A DNA stretch of 64,000 nucleotides from Bryobacterales bacterium (GTDB taxonomy: Bacteria; Acidobacteriota; Terriglobia; Bryobacterales; Bryobacteraceae): NCBI GenBank assembly GCA_963836015.1, contig CAWIIF010000004.1, forward strand, positions 1,025,924 to 1,089,923, given 5' to 3'. This document shows positions 53,497-63,600 of this stretch, piece after piece. A program made the translations under genes and the position numbers. Below the pieces are notes generated by a model. It was not told the DNA's origin, made no database searches, and saw nothing but the letters and a program-made list of their open reading frames with translations. Numbering within the stretch: the stretch's first letter is position 1; the number at the start of each line of letters is the position of its first letter.

Positions 53497-54638
53497 CAGT
53501 TCTTCAGGAGTTGCCGCGCGATCACCAGACGCTGAATTTCGCTGGTGCCTTCCCCGATGGTGCACAGCTTGACGTCGCGGTAGAACTTCTCCACCGGGTA
53601 GTCTTTGATGAAGCCGTAGCCGCCGTGGATCTGCACGGCTTCGTTGGCAATGCGCACGGCGGCCTCGGAGGCGAACAGTTTCGCCATGGCCGATTCGCGC
53701 GTCACCCGCATGCCGCGGTCGAGCATCCAGGCGGCACGGTAATTCAGCAGGCGGGCGGCGTCGAGCTCCAGCGCCATGTCCACCAGCTTGTGCTGGATCG
53801 CCTGGAACTCCGAGATCGGCCGGCCGAACTGTTTGCGCAGCTTGGAGTAGCGCAGCGCGGCATCGTAGGCCCCCTGCGCCATCCCGATGGAGAGCGCGGC
53901 GATCGAGATGCGCCCGCCGTCGAGCACCTTCAGGCTGTCCACGAAGCCCTCGTTGAGATGCCCCAGGAGCTGCTGCGAGCCGAGGCGGCAGGTTTCGAAG
54001 ATCACTTCCCCCGTGGCGCTGGCGCGCAGCCCGAGCTTGTTCTCCTTCTTGCCCGGACGGAACCCCGGGGTGCCCTTCTCGATGATGAAGGCGGAGATGC
54101 CGTGCTGCGCCGCCGCGCGATCCGTCACCGCCATGGCCACGCAGACATCCGCGTAGTGAGCGTTGGTGGTGAACGTCTTGGCGCCGTTGAGCACCCAGCA
54201 GCCATCGTCCATCACCGCCTTCGTGCGGGTGCCGGCGGCGTCCGACCCGGCTTCCGGCTCGGTGAGCGACCAGCAGCCGATCCATTCGCCCGAGGCCAGG
54301 CTGGGCAGGTAGCGCCGGCGCTGCTCGTCGTCGCCGGCCTTGAAAATATGGTTGGAGCAGAGCGAGGTGTGGGCGGCCACGATGATCCCCACCGAGCCGT
54401 CCACGCGCGAGAGCTCTTCGATGATGATGGAGTAGTCGATGTAGCCCATGCCGGCGCCGCCGAGCGCCTCGGGGAAGATCGCCCCCATGTATCCCAGCTT
54501 GCCCAGTTTGCGGATGACTTCGAGGGGGAAGGTCTGCTCCTCGTCCCATTCCATGACGTGGGGCGCAATCTCGGCCTCCGCGAATTCGCGGACTGCGCGG
54601 CGAAGCTGGAGCTGTTCCGGCGTGTACTCGAAGTCCAC
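53496..54638 (-). CDS. acyl-CoA dehydrogenase (short/branched-chain type)
   Basis: This 380-aa ORF reads [22 protein letters not shown]...[12 protein letters not shown]...[26 protein letters not shown]. Confidence 0.93.
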   Translation of the reverse strand: MDFEYTPEQLQLRRAVREFAEAEIAPHVMEWDEEQTFPLEVIRKLGKLGYMGAIFPEALGGAGMGYIDYSIIIEELSRVDGSVGIIVAAHTSLCSNHIFKAGDDEQRRRYLPSLASGEWIGCWSLTEPEAGSDAAGTRTKAVMDDGCWVLNGAKTFTTNAHYADVCVAMAVTDRAAAQHGISAFIIEKGTPGFRPGKKENKLGLRASATGEVIFETCRLGSQQLLGHLNEGFVDSLKVLDGGRISIAALSIGMAQGAYDAALRYSKLRKQFGRPISEFQAIQHKLVDMALELDAARLLNYRAAWMLDRGMRVTRESAMAKLFASEAAVRIANEAVQIHGGYGFIKDYPVEKFYRDVKLCTIGEGTSEIQRLVIARQLLKN

Positions 54639-54648
54639 GGCGGATACC

Positions 54649-55857
54649 CTAGACGATCTCTTCTTTGACGGCGTCCCAGCGCACGGTGCGCCCTTGCCGG
54701 TAGCTTTCCACGGCCATGCGGCAGGCGATGGCCACGCGGTATCCGAGATCGAACGGGCAGTTGGGCTGCTTGCCCGGATCGCGGACGCAATCGAGGAAGT
54801 TCTGCATGTGGGCGGCGCGCTCGTTGCGGGTGACGCCCACCATTTCGTTGCCGTCCTTGCGGGTGACTTTTTGCGGCGTGTAGCGGATGCTCTGCGGAGT
54901 GTGGGAGATCGTTCCGTTATCGCCCAGCACCTCTTCGCTCACGCCCAGCTTGTCGTTGCCGAAACCCGAGGTCCAGTTGAACAGCATCTCTTCTTCCTGC
55001 ACCAGCGAGACGTTCATGGTGTCGGGGACCTCGCGGCCGTCCTTCCACAGGTACAGGCCTCCGGTCATGGTGGCCTGCCGCGGAATCTTCAGGCCCATGG
55101 CTTTGTACCAGAACGCGAGCTGGTGGCACATGTTTTCGTAGACGTTGCCGCCCGAGTAATCCCAGTAGAACCGCCAGTTGATGTAGCGGTTGGCGTCGAA
55201 CGGCCGCTGCGGCGCGTCGCCCAGAAAGGCCTTCCACACGATATTCTCGGCCGTCATGTCCGGGTAGACCTGGCGCGCCCACTGTGGCTTGCCGTGCGGC
55301 GTGTTGCGATACATGTGGGCTTCGATGGAGGTGACCTTGCCGATCAATTCCGGCTTGAGGAAGCTGAGGGCGTCGGGAATGTGCCCGTAGGAGGTCCACT
55401 GGTGCCCCACTTGCACCGCCCGGCGAGCGCCCGCATGTTCCAAGGCTGCCCGCATCTTCTTCGCGTGCGCCAGGTTGAACGCCATAGTCTTTTCCTGGTA
55501 GACATGCTTGCCGGCCTCGAGGGCCGCGGTGAAATGCTCGCAGTGCAGATGCTGCGGGGTGGCGATCAGGACGGCATCGATGCTGTTGTCGTCGAGCAGG
55601 TGGCGGTAATCGAGATAGGTCTTGGCGTCCGGCGCGATGGCCTTCACTTCTTCCAGCCGGCGGGTGTAGACGTCGGCCGCGCCGACGCACTCGGTGTTAG
55701 GAAGGCTCACCGCCTCGCGCAGGATTTCCGACCCGCGCGCGCCCGCCCCGATGATGCCGATGCGAACCCGGTCATTCGCGCCAAGCACGTTGGAAGCGGC
55801 CAGGGTGCCTGCCAGTCCGGTGGCTACTTTGCCGATAAAATTGCGTCGAGATTGCAT
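54649..55857 (-). CDS. Tat-signal Gfo/Idh/MocA-family oxidoreductase
   Basis: The start is trimmed to ATG 55857 ([22 protein letters not shown]). The sequence contains [11 protein letters not shown] and VYQEKTM. Confidence 0.85.
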   Translation of the reverse strand: MQSRRNFIGKVATGLAGTLAASNVLGANDRVRIGIIGAGARGSEILREAVSLPNTECVGAADVYTRRLEEVKAIAPDAKTYLDYRHLLDDNSIDAVLIATPQHLHCEHFTAALEAGKHVYQEKTMAFNLAHAKKMRAALEHAGARRAVQVGHQWTSYGHIPDALSFLKPELIGKVTSIEAHMYRNTPHGKPQWARQVYPDMTAENIVWKAFLGDAPQRPFDANRYINWRFYWDYSGGNVYENMCHQLAFWYKAMGLKIPRQATMTGGLYLWKDGREVPDTMNVSLVQEEEMLFNWTSGFGNDKLGVSEEVLGDNGTISHTPQSIRYTPQKVTRKDGNEMVGVTRNERAAHMQNFLDCVRDPGKQPNCPFDLGYRVAIACRMAVESYRQGRTVRWDAVKEEIV

Positions 55858-55929
55858 GGAAAAGCGCTTACTCCTTACCGCGCCGGGGACCGCGATGGGG
55901 CCGGTGATTCTAAACAATTATATCCTTTG

Positions 55930-56952
55930 CTAGGCCCCGATATACCGCGCATAGAGACTCCGGGCGACCCCCGTGTCGCTGGTGCCTTTGACAATCGCCC
56001 GGCCGTCCGGAAACACGGTCATCTCGTAGGGGGACGCCAGAAAGCGCAGCGCAAACTGGTTGGCCCGCACTTCGCCCAGCGGCTCGAGCCGTAAACGCAA
56101 TGCTTCCAGATCGATGGGCCGTGCCTGCTCGTGAATCTGCACCGCGTTCCGGCCGCACAGCGTCACCGGGCCGCGCCGCGATTCATCGAGGTAAGCGAAC
56201 TCCCTACGGCCGCATGCCGGGCAATCCTGGTCGCGCGGCGGCGCTTCGATCTGGCGGACGCGGCCCTCCCAGAGGTCGATGGTGGTGATCCGCGCGCGCA
56301 CCGAATCGGCGCGGCCGGACAGGATCTTCAAGGCGTCGGCGGTCTGAAACGAGGCCACTGCCGAGATGATCACGTTGAGAACTCCCGCCGTTTCACAGGT
56401 GGGCTGGACCCCGGCGGGCGGCTCCGGATAGACGCAGCGGAGGCATGCCGTTTGCCCCGGGAAGACCGGGAGAGCCAGCCCGTAGCTCCCCACGGCCGCC
56501 CCATAAATCCAAGGAATACTGAAACTTACGGCGAAATCGTTGATCAGGTAGCGGGTGTCGAAGTTGTCCGTTCCGTCGAGGATCACGCCGGCCCCTTCGA
56601 GCAGTTCCACGGCATTGCCGGCGGTGAGGTCGGCCACCACTCCCCGCACCGAGACGGAGGAATTGATGCGGGAGATACGGCGCTCAGCCGCTGCTGCCTT
56701 GGGCAGCGCTTCGGCCGCGTCGGATTCCTCGAAGAGCCACTGCCGGTGAAGGTTGGAAGGTTCGACGTAATCGCGGTCGATGATGGTGATCCGCCCCACC
56801 CCGGCCCGCGCCAGGGCAGCTGCCTGGAAGCTTCCCAGCGCCCCGCAGCCCACCACCACGGCATGCGACTGGAGCAGCGCCTCCTGGCCCGCTTCGCCGA
56901 TCCCCGGAAACAGGATTTGCCGGGAATACCGCTCGCGTTCGGCCGCGTTCAT
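55930..56952 (-). CDS. ThiF/MoeB-family E1-like adenylyltransferase (long form with C-terminal domain)
   Basis: This 340-aa ORF contains RYSRQILFPGIGEAGQ, VVGCGALGS, DRDYVEPSNLHRQ and CxxC pairs (CLRC...CPAC). The C-terminal DGRAIVKGTSDTGVARSLYARYIGA resembles the Bacillus-type MoeB tail. Confidence 0.8.
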   Translation of the reverse strand: MNAAERERYSRQILFPGIGEAGQEALLQSHAVVVGCGALGSFQAAALARAGVGRITIIDRDYVEPSNLHRQWLFEESDAAEALPKAAAAERRISRINSSVSVRGVVADLTAGNAVELLEGAGVILDGTDNFDTRYLINDFAVSFSIPWIYGAAVGSYGLALPVFPGQTACLRCVYPEPPAGVQPTCETAGVLNVIISAVASFQTADALKILSGRADSVRARITTIDLWEGRVRQIEAPPRDQDCPACGRREFAYLDESRRGPVTLCGRNAVQIHEQARPIDLEALRLRLEPLGEVRANQFALRFLASPYEMTVFPDGRAIVKGTSDTGVARSLYARYIGA

Positions 56953-56995
56953 GATTTCGATGGTAACAAAGTTGCCTGGAACGCCTTACGTTATC

Positions 56996-59986
56996 ATGAG
57001 ATTGGTGCGCAACCGGCTCGCCTTCTGCGTCTGCGTGTGTCTGATCGGAATGGCGGCCCAACCCTCCGCCCTCTCAGCCCAATACCAGAAGTTTGAAGGC
57101 CTGATGATCCGCAACATTCAGTTCGAGCCCCGCCGGCAGCCGCTCGAAGCCTCCGAGTTGCACGACATCCTGCCCCTCAAGATGAACACCGCCCTCCACA
57201 TCTCGGAGGTGCGTGCCAGCATCGACCGCCTGTTCGCCACCGGGCGCTTTTCCGACATCCAGGTGGATGCGCAACCCTATCGCGACGGGTGCGCCATCGT
57301 GTTCATCACCCGCAACAGCTGGTTCATCGGCGATCTGGGCGCGTCGGGCGCCATTTCCAGCCCGCCCAACTCCGGTCAACTGCAAAACGCGGCGCAGCTC
57401 GACCTTGGACAGCCGTTCACCGACCAGAAGCTGCAGGCGGGAATCGAAAACCAGAAGCGCCTGCTCGAAAGCAACGGCCTGTTCCAGGGACAGGTGCGTC
57501 CCGTATTCGATTGGGAGACCGACAAGGACTACCAGCAGGTCAACATCCACTTCGAGATCGACTCCGGCCCCCGTGCGCGCTTCGCAACACCTGTGTTCAA
57601 AGGGGACCTCAAAATGGACCAGGAGCAGATCGCGCGGGCGACCAAGTTCCGCCGCTGGCTGATCCACACCTGGAAGCCGATGACGCAGACCCGTGTCCGC
57701 CAGGGGCTGGAGGGCATTCGCTCGCTCTACCAGAAATCCGACCGCCTGGAGGCTAAGATCGCGCTCGAATCGATGCAGTACGACCCCGAAACGAATTCGG
57801 CCATCCCCACGCTGCAGATCGACGCCGGCCCGCGCATCGAAGTCCGCTCCGTGGGCGCTAAGCTCTCCCGGAAGACGCTGCAGCGCTACATCCCGGTTTT
57901 CGAGGAACACGCGGTGGATCACGACCTGCTGGTGGAGGGCGCCCACAACCTTCGCGACTATTTCCAGTCGCAGGGTTACTTCGATGCGGAGGTCGAATTC
58001 AAAGAGCAGAACGTGGTCAATGACAAGGCTGCCATCGATTACCTGATCAACACGGGCGCGCGGCACAAGCTGGTCTCGATCAAGATCAACGGGAACCAAT
58101 ACTTCAACACGGAAACGCTCCGCGAGCGCATGTACCTCCAGCCCGCCACGCTGCTGCAGTTCCGCCGCGGGCGTTACAGCGAAGACCTGCTGGCCCGCGA
58201 CGAGAGCTCCATCCGCAGCCTGTACGAATCGAACGGCTTCGCGGAGGTCAAAGTCACCCACCAGGTGATCGACAACTACCTCGGCAAGGCCGACAGCATC
58301 GCGGTCGTCATCGACGTCGAGGAGGGGCCGCAGCAGGTCATCCACAGCCTGCAGGTGGACGGCATCGAGCGGCTTCATCGCGACCAGATCCTGACCCTGC
58401 TCAGCTCGGTGGCCGGACAGCCCTTCAGCGAGTTCAACGTCGCCGTGGACCGCGACACCATCCTGGCGCAATATTTCGAGAAGGGATTTCCGCGCGCGAC
58501 GTTCGAGTGGAACTACACGGCCGCCGCCGAGCCGAACCAGGTGGACCTGCACTACGTGGTGCATGAGGGCGGGCAGCAGTTCGTGCGCCAGGTGCTGATC
58601 AGCGGGAACCGCGTGACCCGCTCGCGGCTCATCAACCAGAACATCACGCTGGGTCCCGGCGATCCGCTCTCCCCCACCGCCATGACCGACATACAGCGCC
58701 GGCTCTACGGACTCGGCGTGTTCGCGCGGGTAGACGCGGCCATCCAAAACCCGGACGGCGATTCCGACCGCAAGTACGTGCTCTATAACCTGGAAGAGGC
58801 GCGGCGGTATTCGCTGGCCGTGGGCTTCGGCGCGGAGTTGGGCCGCATCGGCCAGGGCTGCCAGACCTGCTTCGATTCACCCGCCGGCGCCACGGGATTC
58901 TCTCCGCGCGTGTCGCTCGACATCACCCGCAACAACCTTTGGGGCATGGCCCACAGCATCAGCCTGCGGACGCGCGTATCCACCCTGGATCAGCGGGTGC
59001 TTCTCAACTATTCTTGGCCGCACTTCCACAACAACGACAATCTCACGGTCTCCTTTACGGGTTTGTACGAGGATTCCCACGACATCAACACGTTCAGCTT
59101 CCGGCGGCAGGAGGGCTCGCTGCAACTCACCCAGCGGCTCAACAAGGCCACCACGGTGTTCTACCGGTATACTTACCGGCGGGTCGGCGTGAGCGACCTC
59201 AAAGTCACGCCGTTCCTGATCCCGCAGGTTTCGCAACCGGTACTGGTCGGCATGACGTCTCTCAATCTGGTGCAGGACCGCCGCGACGATCCCCTCGACC
59301 CGCACCGGGGCATCTTCAACACGGTAGACCTCGGACTGGCCGACCATATTTTCGGTTCGCAGCGCAACTATACACGGCTGCTGGTGCGGAATGCGACTTA
59401 CTACGGCATCGGCAAGCGCCTGGTGCTGGCCCGCATGACGCAGTTCGGCGATCTGTACGCGTTCAACTACAAGGGCGACCCATTGGAAGCGATCCCGCTG
59501 CCCGAGCGGCTGTTCGGTGGCGGTAGCACCTCGCACCGCGGATTTCCCGAGTACCAGGCCGGGCCGCGCGATCCGACCACCGGCTTCCCACTGGGCGGCA
59601 CCGCCCTGCTCTTCAACCAGGTGGAGTTGCGCTTCCCGCTGATCGGAGAGAATATCGGGGGCGTGCTGTTTCACGACATGGGCAACGTCTTCTCGGATGT
59701 CCGCAACATCACGTACAAAGTGAGCCAGCCGGATCTCGAAAACCTCGACTACATGGTGCACGCGGCGGGCTTCGGGCTGCGCTACCGGACGCCCATCGGG
59801 CCGGTCCGCGTGGACCTCGCTTACAGCATCAATCCACCGTCTTTTTTCGGGTTCTCCGGCACCCAGCAGGATCTGATCAACGCGGGCGTCACTCCGTGCT
59901 CGCCGCCGGCCGGCATACCCAACCAGTGCACGGTGCAGCACGTCAGCCATTTTCAATTCTTCTTCTCGATCGGACAGACATTTTGA
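56996..59986 (+). CDS. Omp85-family outer-membrane assembly protein (BamA/TamA-like) with multiple POTRA repeats
   Basis: The start is ATG 56996 inside track ORF 56780..59986 (MRLVRNRLAFCVCVCLIGMAAQPSALSAQ signal). Repeated POTRA-like units are followed by a beta-barrel ending in the aromatic beta-signal FFFSIGQTF. Confidence 0.85.
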   Translation: MRLVRNRLAFCVCVCLIGMAAQPSALSAQYQKFEGLMIRNIQFEPRRQPLEASELHDILPLKMNTALHISEVRASIDRLFATGRFSDIQVDAQPYRDGCAIVFITRNSWFIGDLGASGAISSPPNSGQLQNAAQLDLGQPFTDQKLQAGIENQKRLLESNGLFQGQVRPVFDWETDKDYQQVNIHFEIDSGPRARFATPVFKGDLKMDQEQIARATKFRRWLIHTWKPMTQTRVRQGLEGIRSLYQKSDRLEAKIALESMQYDPETNSAIPTLQIDAGPRIEVRSVGAKLSRKTLQRYIPVFEEHAVDHDLLVEGAHNLRDYFQSQGYFDAEVEFKEQNVVNDKAAIDYLINTGARHKLVSIKINGNQYFNTETLRERMYLQPATLLQFRRGRYSEDLLARDESSIRSLYESNGFAEVKVTHQVIDNYLGKADSIAVVIDVEEGPQQVIHSLQVDGIERLHRDQILTLLSSVAGQPFSEFNVAVDRDTILAQYFEKGFPRATFEWNYTAAAEPNQVDLHYVVHEGGQQFVRQVLISGNRVTRSRLINQNITLGPGDPLSPTAMTDIQRRLYGLGVFARVDAAIQNPDGDSDRKYVLYNLEEARRYSLAVGFGAELGRIGQGCQTCFDSPAGATGFSPRVSLDITRNNLWGMAHSISLRTRVSTLDQRVLLNYSWPHFHNNDNLTVSFTGLYEDSHDINTFSFRRQEGSLQLTQRLNKATTVFYRYTYRRVGVSDLKVTPFLIPQVSQPVLVGMTSLNLVQDRRDDPLDPHRGIFNTVDLGLADHIFGSQRNYTRLLVRNATYYGIGKRLVLARMTQFGDLYAFNYKGDPLEAIPLPERLFGGGSTSHRGFPEYQAGPRDPTTGFPLGGTALLFNQVELRFPLIGENIGGVLFHDMGNVFSDVRNITYKVSQPDLENLDYMVHAAGFGLRYRTPIGPVRVDLAYSINPPSFFGFSGTQQDLINAGVTPCSPPAGIPNQCTVQHVSHFQFFFSIGQTF

Positions 59987-60642
59987 GCGCCGCGCGCCCA
60001 ATCCGGTCGATCGTTCTGCTGCTGGCGGCGCTTGCGCCCGCGGGCGCCGTGATCATCGACCGGATTGCGGTTTCCGTCGGAAGCCAGGTGATCACCACCA
60101 GCGACATCGACCGCGAGATCCGCGTCTCGGCATTCCTCGAAGGCTCCACCCCCGATTTCAGCACTACCGGCCGCCGCGCCACTGCCGACCGCATGGTCGA
60201 GCAGAAGCTCATACGCCGCGAGCTCGAGACCAGCCGCTACCCGGTTCCGCCGCCGGCGGAGATCGACCCGGTGCTCGCCGCGCTGGTTCAAAAGCAGTTT
60301 CACGATGAAGCGGCGTACCGCGCCGCCCTCGCGGCCTACGGCATTACGGATCAGGACGTCCGCGACGAGTTGTTGTGGCAGCGAACCCTGCTCCTGTTCG
60401 TGGACGACCGCTTCCGGCCGGCCGTGCAGGTGACCGATCAGGAAGTGAAGGATTATTTCGACAAGGTGGTGGCGCCGGCCGCGCTGGCCGCCCACCCTTA
60501 CCAGCCCGCGACGCTCGATGCGTATCGCGATCAGATCGTCCGCAACCTCACCGGCCAGCGAGCCGACCAGGAGATGGACCGGTGGCTCACCCAGGCACGC
60601 GCCCGCACTGACGTGGTCTACCACGCGGAGGCCTTCCAATGA
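59983..60642 (+). CDS. SurA-N-terminal-domain-like periplasmic chaperone (no PPIase domain)
   Basis: TTG 59983 overlaps the upstream TGA (TTGA). The signal-like IRSIVLLLAALAPAGA is followed by IDRIAVSVGSQVITTSDIDREIR, a SurA_N-like motif. Confidence 0.6.
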   Translation: MSAARPIRSIVLLLAALAPAGAVIIDRIAVSVGSQVITTSDIDREIRVSAFLEGSTPDFSTTGRRATADRMVEQKLIRRELETSRYPVPPPAEIDPVLAALVQKQFHDEAAYRAALAAYGITDQDVRDELLWQRTLLLFVDDRFRPAVQVTDQEVKDYFDKVVAPAALAAHPYQPATLDAYRDQIVRNLTGQRADQEMDRWLTQARARTDVVYHAEAFQ

Positions 60643-63600
60643 GCCGCAGGCGCCGGTACTGGGCGGGCGGCGCGGTCGCTGCGGCTCTGCTGATCGCTAT
60701 CGCGGGCGCTGCCTGGTTTCTGCAGAGCGGGTGGCTCCGGGAAATCGTGCGCGCGCGGATTGTCAGCGCCGTGGAATCGGCCACCGGCGGACGCGTCGAA
60801 ATCGGCCAGGTCCAGTTCCAGTGGAAACAGCTTCGCGCCGAAGTCGCGAGCTTCACGCTCCACGGTTCCGAGCCCGCCGATAAGCCCCCTCTCTTCCGGG
60901 CCTCCCGAATTTCGGTGGGGCTCAAGGTGCTTTCCGCTCTGCAGCGCGATATCGACATCGAATCGCTGGAGATCGCCGATCCCCGCATTTACCTGATCGT
61001 CGGCTCCGGAGGCCGCACGAATATACCCGAACCCAAAGGTAAACGAGGCGGCGCCAATCCCCTCGAGGCGGTAGTGAATCTGGCGATCGGCCGGTTCGAC
61101 ATTCGGAACGGCATTTTCGAGGTGGAGAACCGCGGCCAGACGCCCTTCGATGCCAGCGGCCGCAACCTGAACGCGCGGCTGTCGTACGAAGCGGGCGGAC
61201 CGCGCTACCGCGGCAAACTTTCCATGCAACCGCTCGAGCTTCGATGGCCCGGGTACGCGCCGGTGCCCTTCGGCGTCGACCTTGCGGTGTCGATCGAGCG
61301 GAACCGGATCGGTGTTGATTCTGCAAAACTGGCCACCGGCAATTCGCAGCTTACGCTGTCCGGCGCGGTGGAAAACCTGGACGCCCCCACCGGGCGGTTT
61401 CGCTACCAGGCGCGCGTGGCGGTGCCCGATGCGGTCCGCATCCTGCACCTCGACGGCCTGGAGCGCGGCACGGTGGAGGCCTCCGGCGAAGGGGTCTGGG
61501 AGGGAGGCAGCCGCTTCTCGGCGTCCGGCAGCGTTCGCGCCAGGGATGTGGACTATCGCGATTCGGCGGTGCGGCTGCGCGATTGCCGCCTGGACGGAAC
61601 GCTCGCCGCGACGTCCGGCGGAGTCGAAATCTCCGGCGCGCGGGTGGCCGGCAGCTATCTGAGCTCGCTCCAGCGCACGGACGTGAGCGGCGGTATTTCG
61701 AAGGCGGCGCTGCGGCGCGGTGAGCTCAGTTTGCGCGGAATCGCGCTCGAGGCCCTCGGCGGAGAGTTCCTCGGCGACGGCACCCTGCGCGATCTCGATC
61801 GCTTTTCGGTCGCCGGCCGCATTTCCGGCATCGACGCCCGCCGCGCGGTGGCCCTCTACAGCCGCGAGGCGATCCCCTGGGACGCGCTGGCCTCGGGCGA
61901 AGTCAGCGTCGAAGGATCGCTCCGCCGCCGGAACGAAAAACAACTGAGCGCCAGCCTGGCGATCGGTCCCGCCGGGGACGGCCCGCCCGTCCACGGCCAG
62001 ATCAGCGCCCGCTACGATGCGCGAACCGGCGTGTTGGATCTCGGCAGGTCGTCCATGATTCTGCCGTCGTCGCGAGCTGATTTCTCGGGCGCGCTGGGCC
62101 ATGAAATGCGAGTCCGCCTGGAGACCCGCGACTTGAACGACCTGCTTCCCGCGGTGGGCCGGAGCGCCGGCTCGGTTCCGGTCCAGCTCTTGCCGGGCGG
62201 CAAGCTGGAATTCGCGGGTCTTGCGGCCGGCAGCCTGGATCATCCGCGGATCTCGGGCCGGCTGGCCCTGGAGCATTTCAGCGTTTCCGGCAAGGAGGTC
62301 GATTCTCTCGCGGGCACGTTGACCGCCTCGCCCGACAACGTCCGGATCGACGATGGAACCGCCGCGTGGAAGAGCCTGCGAGCGCGCTTCCGCGGGGCCG
62401 TGGCGCTCGCGGAGTGGCAGGCCGGCGATACCAGCCAGGTCTTCGGTGATGCCTCCCTGCGCGGCGCGGCCGTGGCTGACGTGCTGACCCTGGCGGCCGC
62501 CGCCGAGTTCCCGCTCAGCGGTACGCTTGGCGGCTCCGCGCAGTTTTCGGGCACGGTGGGGCGGCCGATGGCATCGGGCGACTTCGAGATCGTCAAGGGA
62601 GCGCTGCGGAACGAGCCCTTCGACCGGTTCACGGGCCGTTTGAGCTATAGCGGTGACACCCTGGAGCTGGCTTCCGGACAGGTGCGTGCAGGAGCCAAGC
62701 AGGTGCAGGTGGCTGCGGCGTTTCATCACCCGCCGCAAACCTTCGATTCCGGCCGCCTGCATTTTCAAATAGCCACAAATCCCATGCCGATCGACCAGAT
62801 CGCGACGCTGGCCAAGGCCCGCCCGGGAATCCAGGGCGCGGTGCAGGTGAATGCCTCCGGGGATCTCGATGTCACGCGGCGATCGGGCGGCACGGACTTT
62901 CGCCTCTCGGCACTCGGGGCCGTTGTCACCGCAAGCGGCTTGCAGTACACGGGCCAGCCGGTCGGCAATGCGCGCCTGGCCGCCCATTCCGAAGGGCAGG
63001 TTTTGAAAGCCTCGCTCTATGCCGACCTGGCCGAATCCGCGGTGCACGGCGAAGGCCAGTGGAAACTCGAAGGCGATTATCCCGGCACCGCCACCGTCAC
63101 CATCGCCAATTTCGATTTCGTCCAGTTGCGGCCGTGGCTCCCGACCTCCGCCGCGGACCGCTTTTCCGGCTCGGCGGATGGCGAAATCCGCATCAAAGGG
63201 CCGGTGCTGAAGCCGGAGCAGCTCGAGGCCGAGGTGCGCCTGCCCAAGCTCAACATTGCACCCCCGGCCAAATCCGGAATCCCGGAATCGCTGGCGCTAC
63301 ACAATTCCGGCCCGGTGATCGCGACCCTGGCGAATTCCGAGCTGACCATCCAGAGCGCGCGCCTGGCGGGCCGCTCGACCGACATCACGGTGACCGGGAA
63401 GGTGAAGCTGAGCCAGAAGAACCCGCTCGATCTGCGGGTGAACGGGCAGGTCGATCTGCAGGTGCTCCGCGATTTCGATCGCAGCCTGGCGGCTTCCGGC
63501 ATCGTCTCGACCGACGCGACCGTACGCGGCGAGCTTAGCAATCCGCAGATAAACGGCCGGATGGAGTTTCAGGACGCCGCATTCAGCGTGGTCGATCTGC

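Noticed and set aside
57074-60001. Minus-strand ORFs 57074..58747 (557 aa) and 58877..60001 (374 aa)
   Set aside because: Both are antisense to the Omp85/BamA-like gene, which has POTRA repeats and a C-terminal beta-signal. They show no motifs and shadow composition.
60618-63047. 809-aa minus-strand ORF
   Set aside because: It is antisense to the plus-strand TamB-like frame, which starts with an ATGA overlap at 60639, has an N-terminal anchor and DUF490-like sequence, and showed no stop where I spot-checked it towards the window end. The minus-strand product is Arg/Ala/Gly-rich with no motifs.
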